From NCBI GenBank assembly GCA_963695095.1, contig CAVOFT010000001.1:2016001-2080000 (forward strand): a DNA stretch of 64,000 nucleotides. Direction: 5' to 3'. The first letter of the stretch is position 1, and every line of letters starts with the position of its first letter. The notes under the pieces are model-generated. The model had not been told where the DNA came from, did no database searches, and saw nothing but the letters and a program-made list of their open reading frames with translations. A program made the position numbers and the translations under genes. The DNA is from an uncultured bacterium (GTDB taxonomy: Bacteria > Krumholzibacteriota > Krumholzibacteriia > JACNKJ01). Below are positions 1-9,053 of this stretch, piece by piece.

Positions 1-90
1 GAGCGCTACCCCCGCCGGATCGCCGAGGTAGTGGCGCTCCTCGATGAGCGTGCCGTCCCGATCCATGAACACGGCCCGGCGCTTGGTCAT
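1..90 (-). CDS. gmhB: D,D-heptose 1,7-bisphosphate phosphatase (HAD family), N-terminal fragment running off the window
   Basis: Hand translation MTKRRAVFMDRDGTLIEERHYLGDPAGVAL carries the DRDGT HAD motif I; ATGA overlap with the upstream GT9 stop. Confidence 0.85.
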   Translation of the reverse strand, partial: MTKRRAVFMDRDGTLIEERHYLGDPAGVAL

Positions 91-1136
91 GCTGCCTCCG
101 GCGCCAGCCAGTCGGCGATGGCGGCCCGCACCGCCGCTGCGCGGATGGCCTCCCCGCAGATCCGGGCGGGCAGCGGGCAGCTCCGCGCGAAGCAGGGCCG
201 GCAGTCCACCGCCGCTGCCAGCCAGCGCGCGGCCGCGCCGCGCGGGGCGGTCCACTCCGGCGCCGTCGACTGGAAGAGCCCGAGCACGCGGCCCCCCACC
301 GCCGCCGCCAGGTGCATGGGCCCGGTATCGTTGCTCACCGTGCAGCGCGCAAGGCCCAGCAGGGCTGCCAGCTCGTCGAGCGCCAGGGCGCCGCAGAGGT
401 CGACGACCTGCCGGCCCCGCCCCGCGAGGGCGGCGGCCAGCTGCGCGCAGAGCGCGCGCTCCGCCGGCACGCCGGCGATCAGCAGCGCGAAGTCCGGCGG
501 CAGCAGCGGGCCCAGCGCGGCGAAGCCCGGCCAGCGCTTGGCGGGACCGAAGGTCGCACCCGGCACGAGGACGATGCTGCGGCCCGCCTCCACGCCCGCC
601 ACCGCCAGGCGCGCCTCGACCCGGGCCGCGGCGGCCGGCGCCACGCGCAGCTGCGGCTGCCAGTGGGGAACGGGCTCGGCCATGAAGGGCGTGAGCAGCC
701 CGGCTCGCGCCTCGATCCAGTGCCGGCGCCGATCCACGGGCCCGGGCAGGCGATGGCTGAGCAGGAGATCCCGGCCCTGCCCGCGAAAGCCGATGCGGGC
801 CGGCACGCCCGCGGCCCGCGCCGCCAGGGCTGCGCTGAAGCTGTCGGGTACGAGCCACAGGGCGCGCGGGCGCCGCGCGCCCTGGTCGAGCTCCGCCCGC
901 AAACGCCCCAGCCCCGCCAGTCCGCGATGACGACCGTGGGGATCGTAATCGACGATCTCGGCCACCTGCGGCTGGCCGGCGAAGAGCGCGCGCTGGGTTG
1001 GGCGGCACCAGAGCTGGACCGGGCCGCCGCTGAGCGCGGCCAGGGGCGCCAGCAGGGCGCTGGCCATGACGGCATCTCCCAGCCAGGCTGGCATCATGAG
1101 GGCGGCGGCAAAGGGCGGCTCAGGAAGCCTGCGCAT
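87..1136 (-). CDS. waaF: Lipopolysaccharide heptosyltransferase II (GT9)
   Basis: PAWLGDAVMA, PGATFGPAKRWP and SNDTGPMHLAAA motifs; start trimmed to MRRLPEPP. Confidence 0.85.
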   Translation of the reverse strand: MRRLPEPPFAAALMMPAWLGDAVMASALLAPLAALSGGPVQLWCRPTQRALFAGQPQVAEIVDYDPHGRHRGLAGLGRLRAELDQGARRPRALWLVPDSFSAALAARAAGVPARIGFRGQGRDLLLSHRLPGPVDRRRHWIEARAGLLTPFMAEPVPHWQPQLRVAPAAAARVEARLAVAGVEAGRSIVLVPGATFGPAKRWPGFAALGPLLPPDFALLIAGVPAERALCAQLAAALAGRGRQVVDLCGALALDELAALLGLARCTVSNDTGPMHLAAAVGGRVLGLFQSTAPEWTAPRGAAARWLAAAVDCRPCFARSCPLPARICGEAIRAAAVRAAIADWLAPEAA

Positions 1137-2202
1137 GGAGGATGCCCTCCACCGCGGCGTCGATCTCGCGCAGGGACATCTGCTCCCCCGGCCGTCCACG
1201 CAGGATCGCCGCTGCCGGGCGAAGCCGCGGCTCCCAGGCCGTGCCGTCCGCCTCCGTGAAGAGCCCCAGGGCGGGCACGCCCGCCGCCACGGCGACGTGG
1301 AACAGCTCGCTGTTGCCGGCCACGCAGAGATCGCAGCGGGCGAGCAGGGCCAGCCGCTCGCGCAGGCCCTGCGGCGGCATATCGAGGGCTTCCGCCCGCA
1401 GCGCGCGCCGGAAGGCAGCCGCGGCCGCGGCGTCCTCATCCAGGTGCAACAGCAGGACGCGCGCCCTGAGCTTTTCGGCGAGATGCCCGACGAGGTAGGC
1501 GAGATTGCCGCTGGCCAGGCGCCGCTCGCCCAGTCCCGGCCCCGGGTCGACGGCGATGAGGAGCTGGTCGCGCACCGGTTTGCGAAAATGGATGAGCTGG
1601 TCGGCTGCGCGCAGCTCATCGGGCCGCAGCGTGAAGCCCCAGCCGCCGGCCTCGCCGCCGACGCCGAAGAGCCGGGCCAGCTCCTGGGCCTGCTCGAGCC
1701 GGTAGCGATTCTGGCCTCGCCAGCGCAGCATGCAGTTGAGCAGCTGCTCGCGCTCTTCCTGGTAGATGCCGATGCGCAGGGAGGCCTGGGAGGCATAGGC
1801 CACCAGATCACGCGGTCCGTCGGCCTCCTCGCCGGTGAGGAGCACTGCATCGAAGCCGCGCCTCTGGACTTCGCGCAGGAGGCGGTAGTAGCTGGTGCCG
1901 TGGGGCTTGAGCTGGTCCGCGCGATAGACGATGAGGCCAGCCAGCCAGGCTTCGCGGCGCAGGAGATCGGCGCGGCGCTCGTCGACCATCACCTGGATGC
2001 CGAGCTCCGGCCAGCGCTCGGCCAGGCGCGCCAGGAGCGGCAGGAAGGCGACGAGGTCGCACAGACGGCTCGAGTCCACGCAGAGCAAGCGGCGCATTTC
2101 GCCCAGGCCGCCGCCCAGATGAAATTCGCGGTCCAGCGGCGCCATGCCCAGGCTGCGCAGCGCCAGCCGGGCGAAGGGGTTGCTGAGTATCGAGGCCTTC
2201 AT
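1120..2202 (-). CDS. Glycosyltransferase family 9 protein (divergent)
   Basis: GT9-like layout (SSRLCDLVAFLP, CVAGNSELFHVAVAAGVPALGLF); start MKASILSNPF. Confidence 0.75.
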   Translation of the reverse strand: MKASILSNPFARLALRSLGMAPLDREFHLGGGLGEMRRLLCVDSSRLCDLVAFLPLLARLAERWPELGIQVMVDERRADLLRREAWLAGLIVYRADQLKPHGTSYYRLLREVQRRGFDAVLLTGEEADGPRDLVAYASQASLRIGIYQEEREQLLNCMLRWRGQNRYRLEQAQELARLFGVGGEAGGWGFTLRPDELRAADQLIHFRKPVRDQLLIAVDPGPGLGERRLASGNLAYLVGHLAEKLRARVLLLHLDEDAAAAAAFRRALRAEALDMPPQGLRERLALLARCDLCVAGNSELFHVAVAAGVPALGLFTEADGTAWEPRLRPAAAILRGRPGEQMSLREIDAAVEGILHAQAS

Positions 2203-2228
2203 GCCTCTCCCTGCCCTGGCACGCGGGC

Positions 2229-3245
2229 TCAGCGCCCGCCGTAGAGGCGTTCGTAGTAGGCGCGGTATTCCCCGCTCACGATGCGCTGCCACCAGTCCCG
2301 GTTCGCCGCGTACCAGGCGATGGTCTCGGCGATGCCCGCAGCGAAGTCCACCTGCGGCGCCCAGCCCAGCTCCTGGCGAATGCGCATGGCATCGATGGCA
2401 TAGCGACGGTCGTGGCCCGGCCGATCGGCGACGAACTCGATGAGTTCCTCCCCCTTGCCGAGCGCGCGCAGGATCAACCGCACGATCTCGATATTGGCGA
2501 CCTCGTTGTCGCCACCGATGTTGTAGACCCGCCCCGGGCGGCCCCGCTCCAGGACGGCCAGCACCGCCCGGCAATGATCGCTGACGTGCAACCAGTCGCG
2601 GATGTGCTGCCCGTCGCCGTACACCGGCAGGCGCAGCTGCTGCGTGGCGCGCTGGATCATCAGCGGAATCAGCTTCTCGGGAAACTGATACGGGCCATAG
2701 TTGTTGCTGCAGCGCGTGATCAGCACGGGCAGCCCGAAGGTGCGCCAGTAGGCCTGCGCGATCAGATCCGCTGCCGCCTTGCTGGCCGAGTAGGGACTGG
2801 AAGGATCCAGCGGGGTCGTCTCCGTGAAGCGGCCCGTCGGACCGAGGGAGCCGTAGACCTCGTCGGTGGAGACGATCACGAAACGTCCGGACTTGCCTGC
2901 CCAGGCCCGCCTCGCCGCGTCAAGCAGCACCTGCGTGCCGCGCACGTTGGTCTCGATGAAGATGCCGGGGCCCAGAATGCTGCGGTCCACGTGGCTCTCG
3001 GCCGCGAAATGCACGACGGCCTCGATGGGGTGCTCCGCGAACAGTCCGGCGACGAGCGGCGCGTCGGCGATGCTCCCGCGCACGAAATGCAGGCCGGCGT
3101 CCTCGGCCAGCGCGCTCAGGTTCTCCAGATTGCCCGCGTAGGTGAGCGCATCCAGGTTGAGGATGGGCAGCTGCGGGCGCTCGGCGCGCATCATGTGGAT
3201 GAAGTTGCTGCCGATGAAACCGCAGCCGCCGGTGACGAGGAGCAT
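2229..3245 (-). CDS. rfbB: dTDP-glucose 4,6-dehydratase
   Basis: GGCGFIGSNF, HFAAESHVDRSI, STDEVYG, PYSASKA, DRPGHDRRYA. Confidence 0.97.
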   Translation of the reverse strand: MLLVTGGCGFIGSNFIHMMRAERPQLPILNLDALTYAGNLENLSALAEDAGLHFVRGSIADAPLVAGLFAEHPIEAVVHFAAESHVDRSILGPGIFIETNVRGTQVLLDAARRAWAGKSGRFVIVSTDEVYGSLGPTGRFTETTPLDPSSPYSASKAAADLIAQAYWRTFGLPVLITRCSNNYGPYQFPEKLIPLMIQRATQQLRLPVYGDGQHIRDWLHVSDHCRAVLAVLERGRPGRVYNIGGDNEVANIEIVRLILRALGKGEELIEFVADRPGHDRRYAIDAMRIRQELGWAPQVDFAAGIAETIAWYAANRDWWQRIVSGEYRAYYERLYGGR

Positions 3246-3248
3246 GCC

Positions 3249-3980
3249 TCAGTCCTCCCCGCCGCGAGTGCCCTCGGGCTCGACCAGCTCCTGGGCCCGG
3301 CGCAGCGAGGCGAAGGTGCCGGCGTCGGTCCACCAGCCGGCGAGCAGCTCGTAGTGCAGCCTGCCTTCGCGCAGGTAGGCATTGTTGACGTCGGTGATCT
3401 CGAGCTCACCGCGACCCGAGGGACGCAGGCCGCGGATCAGCTCGAAAACGCGGCCGTCGTAGATGTAGATGCCGCAGACCGCCAGGCGGCTCTTCGGGGC
3501 CCGCGGCTTCTCCTCGATGCCGACGATCCGGTCCCCGGCGAGTTCGGCGACACCGAAGCGCTGGGGATGCTCGACGGCCTTGAGGAAGAGGCGGGCGCCG
3601 CCCCCCTGGCCGGCAAAGGCGGCCACCCCGGGCGCGATCGAGTCCTCGAAGACATTGTCCCCGAGAATCACCGTCATCGCTTCGCCGTGGCAGAAATTCT
3701 CGGCCAGGCCCAGGGCCTGGGCGATGCCGCCAGCCTCATCCTGGACGCGATAGGTGATGTGACAGGCGAACTCGCGCCCGCTGCCCAGGAGCCCGACGAC
3801 ATCGCCCATGTGCTCGGTGCCCGTCACGACCAGAATTTCCTGGATGCCGGCCTCCACCAGCTTCCGCAGCGGGTGGAAGATCATGGGCACGCGGCCCACA
3901 GGCAGCAGGTGCTTGTTGGTGACTTTGGTGAGCGGAAAGAGCCGGCTGCCCGTGCCGCCGGCCAGAATGATGCCCTTCAT
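3249..3980 (-). CDS. rfbA: Glucose-1-phosphate thymidylyltransferase (short SpsI-like form)
   Basis: MKGIILAGGTGSRLFPLT, EEKP, GRGELEITDVN, WTDAGT. Confidence 0.9.
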   Translation of the reverse strand: MKGIILAGGTGSRLFPLTKVTNKHLLPVGRVPMIFHPLRKLVEAGIQEILVVTGTEHMGDVVGLLGSGREFACHITYRVQDEAGGIAQALGLAENFCHGEAMTVILGDNVFEDSIAPGVAAFAGQGGGARLFLKAVEHPQRFGVAELAGDRIVGIEEKPRAPKSRLAVCGIYIYDGRVFELIRGLRPSGRGELEITDVNNAYLREGRLHYELLAGWWTDAGTFASLRRAQELVEPEGTRGGED

Positions 3981-4107
3981 CGCTGCTCCTGGTGCAGGAG
4001 AGGCCGCCTGGTTCCGCACAGCCTAGCGGCAGCCCGGCAGACCGGCAACAGGAATTCTCCCTTGTTTCCGCGCTGGCGAGCGGCCACTCTTGCCCAGCGG
4101 AGGCGCG

Positions 4108-4992
4108 ATGGCGACGATCCTTGTGGGCACGGCCGGCTGGAGCTACGACGATTGGCGCGGCCGCGTCTATCCCGCGCGCGCCGGCGCCGGCTTCGATCCC
4201 CTGCGCCTGCTCGCGGCCCACTTCGACCTGGTCGAGATCAACGTCACCTTCTATCGACTGCCCCGCCCCGATGTGGTGGCGGGCTGGCTGCGCCGGGTCG
4301 AGGACCAGCCGCGATTCCAGTTTCTCCTCAAGGCGCCGCGCGATTGGACCCACACCCGTCCGGACGAGGCACCCGCCGCAGCAGCGCCCTTCGCCGCACT
4401 GGCCCGCGCGCTGGCGGCCGAGGGCCGCCTCGGCGCTGTTCTGCTGCAGTTCCCCTGGTCTTTGCGCGATGGGCCCGCGGCGCGCGGGCGCATCGCCGCC
4501 CTGCGCGAGCGCCTGCCGGAACTGTCCGTGGCGGTGGAGGTGCGCCATGGCAGCTTCGCCGGCGGCGACTGGCCGCGCTGGCTCCGCGCGCAGGAGTGCC
4601 TGCCCGTCAATGTGGACCAACCTGCCCTGCCCGATTGCCTGCCCCTCGCCGCCGACTGCGGCCGGCAGTCGAGCTACTTCCGCCTGCACGGTCGCAACGC
4701 CGCCAACTGGTTCGCCGCTGCCGGGCGCGATGCGCGCTACGACTACCTCTATGCCCCGGCCGAGCTGGCGGGCATCGCCGCCCGCATCGAAGCGGCGGCG
4801 CAGCGCGTGCCGCTCCTGTTCATCGTCGCCAACAATCACTTCCGGGGGCAGGCCGCGGTGAATGCGCTGCAGCTGCGCGCGCGCCTGCTGGGGCGGTCCG
4901 TACCCGTCCCGCCCCAGCTCCTCGCCAGCTATCCTGAATTGGCGGCCGTGGCGGCCCAGGCGCTCCCACGCGCGCAGGGCGAGCTGTTCTAG
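4108..4992 (+). CDS. DUF72 family protein
   Basis: VGTAGWSYDDW, VEINVTFY, LLQFP, YFRLHGRN, RYDYLY, NNH; GGAGG RBS. Confidence 0.9.
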   Translation: MATILVGTAGWSYDDWRGRVYPARAGAGFDPLRLLAAHFDLVEINVTFYRLPRPDVVAGWLRRVEDQPRFQFLLKAPRDWTHTRPDEAPAAAAPFAALARALAAEGRLGAVLLQFPWSLRDGPAARGRIAALRERLPELSVAVEVRHGSFAGGDWPRWLRAQECLPVNVDQPALPDCLPLAADCGRQSSYFRLHGRNAANWFAAAGRDARYDYLYAPAELAGIAARIEAAAQRVPLLFIVANNHFRGQAAVNALQLRARLLGRSVPVPPQLLASYPELAAVAAQALPRAQGELF

Positions 4993-5642
4993 GGCCGGCG
5001 GCCGAAGTCCGTCGCCGGGGGCGGCGATTGCAGGGCTTCCCAGACCGGCGCGACACCTTCCGCTGTGGGCGGCAGGCTCCTCGTCAGCGCGAGGTCGATG
5101 GGCGGCCACTGCCAGACGAGGGCGACCGTCGGCGCTCCGCTCTCGTTCTCCAGCGCGTAGGCCGTGCCGGCCGGGATCTGCAGCAGCTCTCCCGGTCCGT
5201 AGGCCGACTCCCCGGTTTCGCGCAGAAACCGCCCGCGGCCGCGCCAGACGTAGATCCACAGCGTGCTCGCCGGATAGACGTGCGGCGCCTCGGCGGCCCG
5301 CAGCTGGTAGAGGTCGACAGCGAGCAGCGAATCGACGGCGAGCAGATTCACCCAGCGGGCGGGCTCCTCGTCGCGCAGCTGGTGCTGCGCGAGAGCCTCC
5401 TGCAGGCGCAGTTGCTCCACCGCGAGGCCGGGCGACAGGAACTCCCTGTCGGCGAGGCCGGAGCCTGCGACCGGTGCCCGGTCTTCGCTGTCCAGGAAAC
5501 TGCCGCCGCCCAGGCGCGGCCGCGTGCGCAGGCTATCCCGCCAGGCGCCCTCCGCCGCGGGCTGGGCGCGCCCCGCCGCCGGCAGCGCGGCCAGCAGGCA
5601 ACTGAAGACGAAAGCGCCGAGCAGGATGGGGGCAGCGCGCAT
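4989..5642 (-). CDS. Secreted cupin-domain protein
   Basis: N-terminal signal peptide; C-terminal cupin-like WIYVWRGRG...GELLQIPAGTAYALEN. Confidence 0.6.
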   Translation of the reverse strand: MRAAPILLGAFVFSCLLAALPAAGRAQPAAEGAWRDSLRTRPRLGGGSFLDSEDRAPVAGSGLADREFLSPGLAVEQLRLQEALAQHQLRDEEPARWVNLLAVDSLLAVDLYQLRAAEAPHVYPASTLWIYVWRGRGRFLRETGESAYGPGELLQIPAGTAYALENESGAPTVALVWQWPPIDLALTRSLPPTAEGVAPVWEALQSPPPATDFGRRP

Positions 5643-5667
5643 GCTTCTCCTCCGATTCAGGGGCGGC

Positions 5668-6762
5668 TCACAGGTGATCGCCGCGCCCGTTCGTGTAGGC
5701 GTGCCGCGGCGGCACGCCGAGCGCCTCGAGTTCCTCGACCACCTGCCGCATCAGCGCGGCCTTGCGCCGGTACGGCAGGAAGGCGCTCTTGAAGCCGTTC
5801 AGGATGAGCTCGTGGATATTGCTCACGTTCAAACCGAAGCCGCGCACCGCGCGTTCGAACTCCTGGGTGACGCAGGTGTCCGAGATCAGGCGGTTATCGG
5901 TGTTCAAGGTGACGCGCAGGCCAAGGTCCAGGTACTTGCGGAAGGGATGATCGCTGAGCGAGGACACCGCTCCCGTGTGCACGTTGCTCGTCAGGCACAT
6001 CTCGAGCGGGATGCGGTGGTCGTTGACGTAGTTCATCAGCTCCTGGTTCTCGAAGAGCCGGGTGCCGTGGCCGATGCGATGGGTGCCGCAGTAGTGCAGG
6101 GCCTGGGCGATGCTCTCCGGGCCGAAGGCCTCGCCCGCGTGCAACGTGGAGTTGAGATTGTGATTCAGGATGAAGTAGAAGGCCTCGCGGTGCTGCTTGG
6201 CGGGGTAGTCCTTCTCTTCCCCGGCGAGATCGAAGGCCACGACTCCCATGTCCTTGTAGAGCAGGGTGGCCTGGGCGAGTTCGAGCGAGCGCTCGGGCGT
6301 CATCGAGCGGATGCCGCAGAGGATCTGTCCCGTGAGGATGCCGGTCTCCGCCTCCGCCCGCCCCAGCCCGCGCGCCACGGCCTCGATGATCTCGCGGTTG
6401 TGCAGGCCCTGCTCGCGGTGGAGCAAGGGGCTGTAGCGCACCTCGATCAGGCGCACGTTTTCGGCGGCGGCGTCCAGGGCCAGCTCGTAGGCGATGCGCT
6501 CCAGGGCGGGCGCCGTCTGCATGGCCGGCAGCGTGTACATGAAGGCACGCAGGTAGTGCGAGAGGCTGCGCTCCTCGCTCTGCACCTGGGTGAGCGCGCG
6601 CACCTCGGCCTCGTTCGCGGCCGGCAGATCCAGGCCCTGCTCCCCCGCCAGCTCGAGCAGGGTCTGCGGGCGCAGCGAGCCGTCCAGGTGCACGTGGAGG
6701 TCGGTCTTGGGCAGGCGCGCCAGCCAGTCGCGATCGATCATCGGGGATTGCCTTTCCGCCAT
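5668..6762 (-). CDS. add: Adenosine deaminase
   Basis: LPKTDLHVHLDGS, FDLAGEE, HAGE, RIGHG, NTDN; start could alternatively be 6741. Confidence 0.92.
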   Translation of the reverse strand: MAERQSPMIDRDWLARLPKTDLHVHLDGSLRPQTLLELAGEQGLDLPAANEAEVRALTQVQSEERSLSHYLRAFMYTLPAMQTAPALERIAYELALDAAAENVRLIEVRYSPLLHREQGLHNREIIEAVARGLGRAEAETGILTGQILCGIRSMTPERSLELAQATLLYKDMGVVAFDLAGEEKDYPAKQHREAFYFILNHNLNSTLHAGEAFGPESIAQALHYCGTHRIGHGTRLFENQELMNYVNDHRIPLEMCLTSNVHTGAVSSLSDHPFRKYLDLGLRVTLNTDNRLISDTCVTQEFERAVRGFGLNVSNIHELILNGFKSAFLPYRRKAALMRQVVEELEALGVPPRHAYTNGRGDHL

Positions 6763-6769
6763 CCGGTTC

Positions 6770-7108
6770 TCAAGAACGGACGCCGCCCTGGAAGTACCGC
6801 ACCTCGAAGATCTCAGCATAGGGCGCCCCGCCCATGAATTCCTCGATGGTATCCTCGTCCTGCTGGAAGAGGACACCGCGCTCGATCAGCTCGTAGACCA
6901 TGTTGCCGAAATCGCGGCTGCTGGCGATGCCCCACTCGCGAAAGACCATGGCCGCCAGCGGCCCGTAGCGCTCGGCGCCGAGCCGGGCGATGCCGTCCAG
7001 GAGTTCGACGCCGCTGACGTGCCCCGAGCGCACGAGCTCCTGCCGGACATCCGCCAGGGCTTCCAGCAAGAAGGCATAGGCGGGCTCGGCGTAGGCTCTT
7101 TCCTCCAC
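6770..7108 (-). CDS. Minf_1886 family protein
   Basis: YAEPAYAFLLEAL...GHVSGVELL...YGPLAAMVFREWGI...DFGNMVYELIE; GAGG RBS and GTG start. Confidence 0.8.
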   Translation of the reverse strand: MEERAYAEPAYAFLLEALADVRQELVRSGHVSGVELLDGIARLGAERYGPLAAMVFREWGIASSRDFGNMVYELIERGVLFQQDEDTIEEFMGGAPYAEIFEVRYFQGGVRS

Positions 7109-7175
7109 TCCTGCCTCCTCGGCCCGCGCGACCCGGCGAGCGTGGTCGATAACAAAGCGCAGCTTTCCGCGCCTG

Positions 7176-8321
7176 TCAATCGACCTTGCTCTCCATGAGC
7201 TGGGTGAAGAGCTCGCTATAGCGTTCGAGCACCACCCCCAGCGGGTAGTCCTGCTCGGCCGTCGCCCGCCCGGCGAGGCCGATGCGCCTGCGCAGCGCGG
7301 GGTCGCGGAGCAGGGCGTCGCAGCGCGCAGCCCAGGCCGGCAGATCGGTGGGATCCAGCAAGTAGCCGTTCTCCCCGTCGCGGATGAATTCCGGGGGCCC
7401 GCCGTGGCGGGTCACGAGGACCGGGACGCCGCAGCTCATCGCCTCCAGGGCCGCGAGTCCGAAGGACTCATGCTCGCTGGGCTGCAGGTAGAGATCCGCG
7501 ATGGGCAGCAATTCCTCGATGCGGTCCCAGGCGCCGAGGATGCGCACGCGGCCGCCCAGGCCCGTCTCGCGCACGCGGTACTCGAGGGCGGCCAGCTCGG
7601 GGCCGTCGCCGGCCAGAAGCAGCACCGTCCGCTCGCGCTCGCCCAGGGCGGCCAGGATGTCCACCAGGCAGGGGGCGCGCTTCACCGGCCGATAGTTGGA
7701 GGCGTGCAACAGGATGAACTCGTCCGGCGCCGCGAAGCGCGCGCGCAGGGCGGGGTCCGCCCGGGGCCGGAAGCGCTCGGTGTCCACGAAGTTGGGAATC
7801 GTGCGAATCTTCTTGTCGGTGCGAAAGATGCGCCGCGTCTCCTCCGCGAGGAAGCCGCTCACGGCCGTGACGCGGTCCGACTGCTCGATGCACCAGCGCG
7901 TGATCCGGTGATAGCTCGGGTGGTTGCCGACCAGCGTGATGTCCGTCCCGTGCAGGGTCGTGACGACCGGAATGCGCCGCGAGCCCATCTGGCTGGCGAG
8001 GATGGCCGCCGCCGCGTGGGGAATGGCGTAGTGCACGTGCAGGAGATCGAGCCCGTGGAAGCTCGCCACCTGGTGCATCTTGACGGCGAGGGCCAGCGTG
8101 TAGGGCGGGTGCTCGAAGAGCGGGTAGTCCATCACCTCCACCGTGTGCACGGCCACCCGCGCCTGGGCCTGCTGCACGCGGAAGGGCACCGAGGACGTGA
8201 TGAAGTGCACGTCGTGCCCGCGCTCGGCCAGGGCGAGGCCGAGCTCGGTCGCCACGATGCCGCTGCCCCCGACGGAGGCGTAGCAGGAGATGCCGATCTT
8301 CAGCGGCCGGGACTTGCTCAT
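7176..8321 (-). CDS. bshA: N-acetyl-alpha-D-glucosaminyl L-malate synthase
   Basis: KIGISCYASVGGSGIVATELG, HVHYAIPHA, TTLHGTDITLVG, ESFGLAALEAM. Confidence 0.95.
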   Translation of the reverse strand: MSKSRPLKIGISCYASVGGSGIVATELGLALAERGHDVHFITSSVPFRVQQAQARVAVHTVEVMDYPLFEHPPYTLALAVKMHQVASFHGLDLLHVHYAIPHAAAAILASQMGSRRIPVVTTLHGTDITLVGNHPSYHRITRWCIEQSDRVTAVSGFLAEETRRIFRTDKKIRTIPNFVDTERFRPRADPALRARFAAPDEFILLHASNYRPVKRAPCLVDILAALGERERTVLLLAGDGPELAALEYRVRETGLGGRVRILGAWDRIEELLPIADLYLQPSEHESFGLAALEAMSCGVPVLVTRHGGPPEFIRDGENGYLLDPTDLPAWAARCDALLRDPALRRRIGLAGRATAEQDYPLGVVLERYSELFTQLMESKVD

Positions 8322-9052
8322 GCGTCCGCCTCCCCGACACCCGCGAAGGGTTCGGCTGCCAGCAGCCAGCCGGGATCGCGCAGCAGCGGCACCTGCCGGC
8401 TGAAGAAGGGCTCCCCGTGGCCGCAGCCGGCCTGCGCGCCGTAGAAGCGGTCCCTGGCGAGGATCTGCTCGAGAAAGGCCGGGTGATTGATGCTCGTCGC
8501 GGCCAGGCCTTCGCCGCGGCTGAACTGGCTCGCGTAGCAGCTCAAGGCCTCGCGCTTGGCCGCGACGGTGGCGTCGATCGCCACCACCAGGCTCGGCGTG
8601 AAGGGGAAGCGCTCCATCATCTCGAGAATGCGCGTGGGCCGCCGCGCCGGCCCATCGCCGCCATAGCGCGCAAGTCCGGCCAGAAAGGCCGCGTCCCAGA
8701 CGAGGCGGTGACCGGCATTGTGATCCGGGTGCCGATTCTGCCCGCAGTGGGTGATCAGCAGGTCCGGCCCGAGGCGGCGCAGCCAGTCCACGACGGCTTG
8801 GCGCTGGCCGCGGTCGCCGGCATCCAGGCCCCCGTCCGGCAGACCGGCGTTTTCGCGCCTCGCCACGCCGAGGGCCCTGGCCGCCGCCGCCGCCTCCGCG
8901 GCGCGGCGCTGGGGATCCCCGTTGGAGCCCAGTTCGCCCGCCGTCAGATCGAGAATGCTCACCTCGTGCCCCAGGCGCACGGCCAGGGCCAGCGTGCCGC
9001 CGCAGCAGATCTCCACGTCATCGGCGTGCGCGCCGACTGCGAGCAGGTGCAT
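8318..9052 (-). CDS. bshB1: Bacillithiol biosynthesis deacetylase
   Basis: GAHADDVEICCGGT, DLTAGELGSNG, RHPDH, CYASQF; ATG at 9052 with GGAG RBS. Confidence 0.9.
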   Translation of the reverse strand: MHLLAVGAHADDVEICCGGTLALAVRLGHEVSILDLTAGELGSNGDPQRRAAEAAAAARALGVARRENAGLPDGGLDAGDRGQRQAVVDWLRRLGPDLLITHCGQNRHPDHNAGHRLVWDAAFLAGLARYGGDGPARRPTRILEMMERFPFTPSLVVAIDATVAAKREALSCYASQFSRGEGLAATSINHPAFLEQILARDRFYGAQAGCGHGEPFFSRQVPLLRDPGWLLAAEPFAGVGEADA

Positions 9053-9053
9053 C

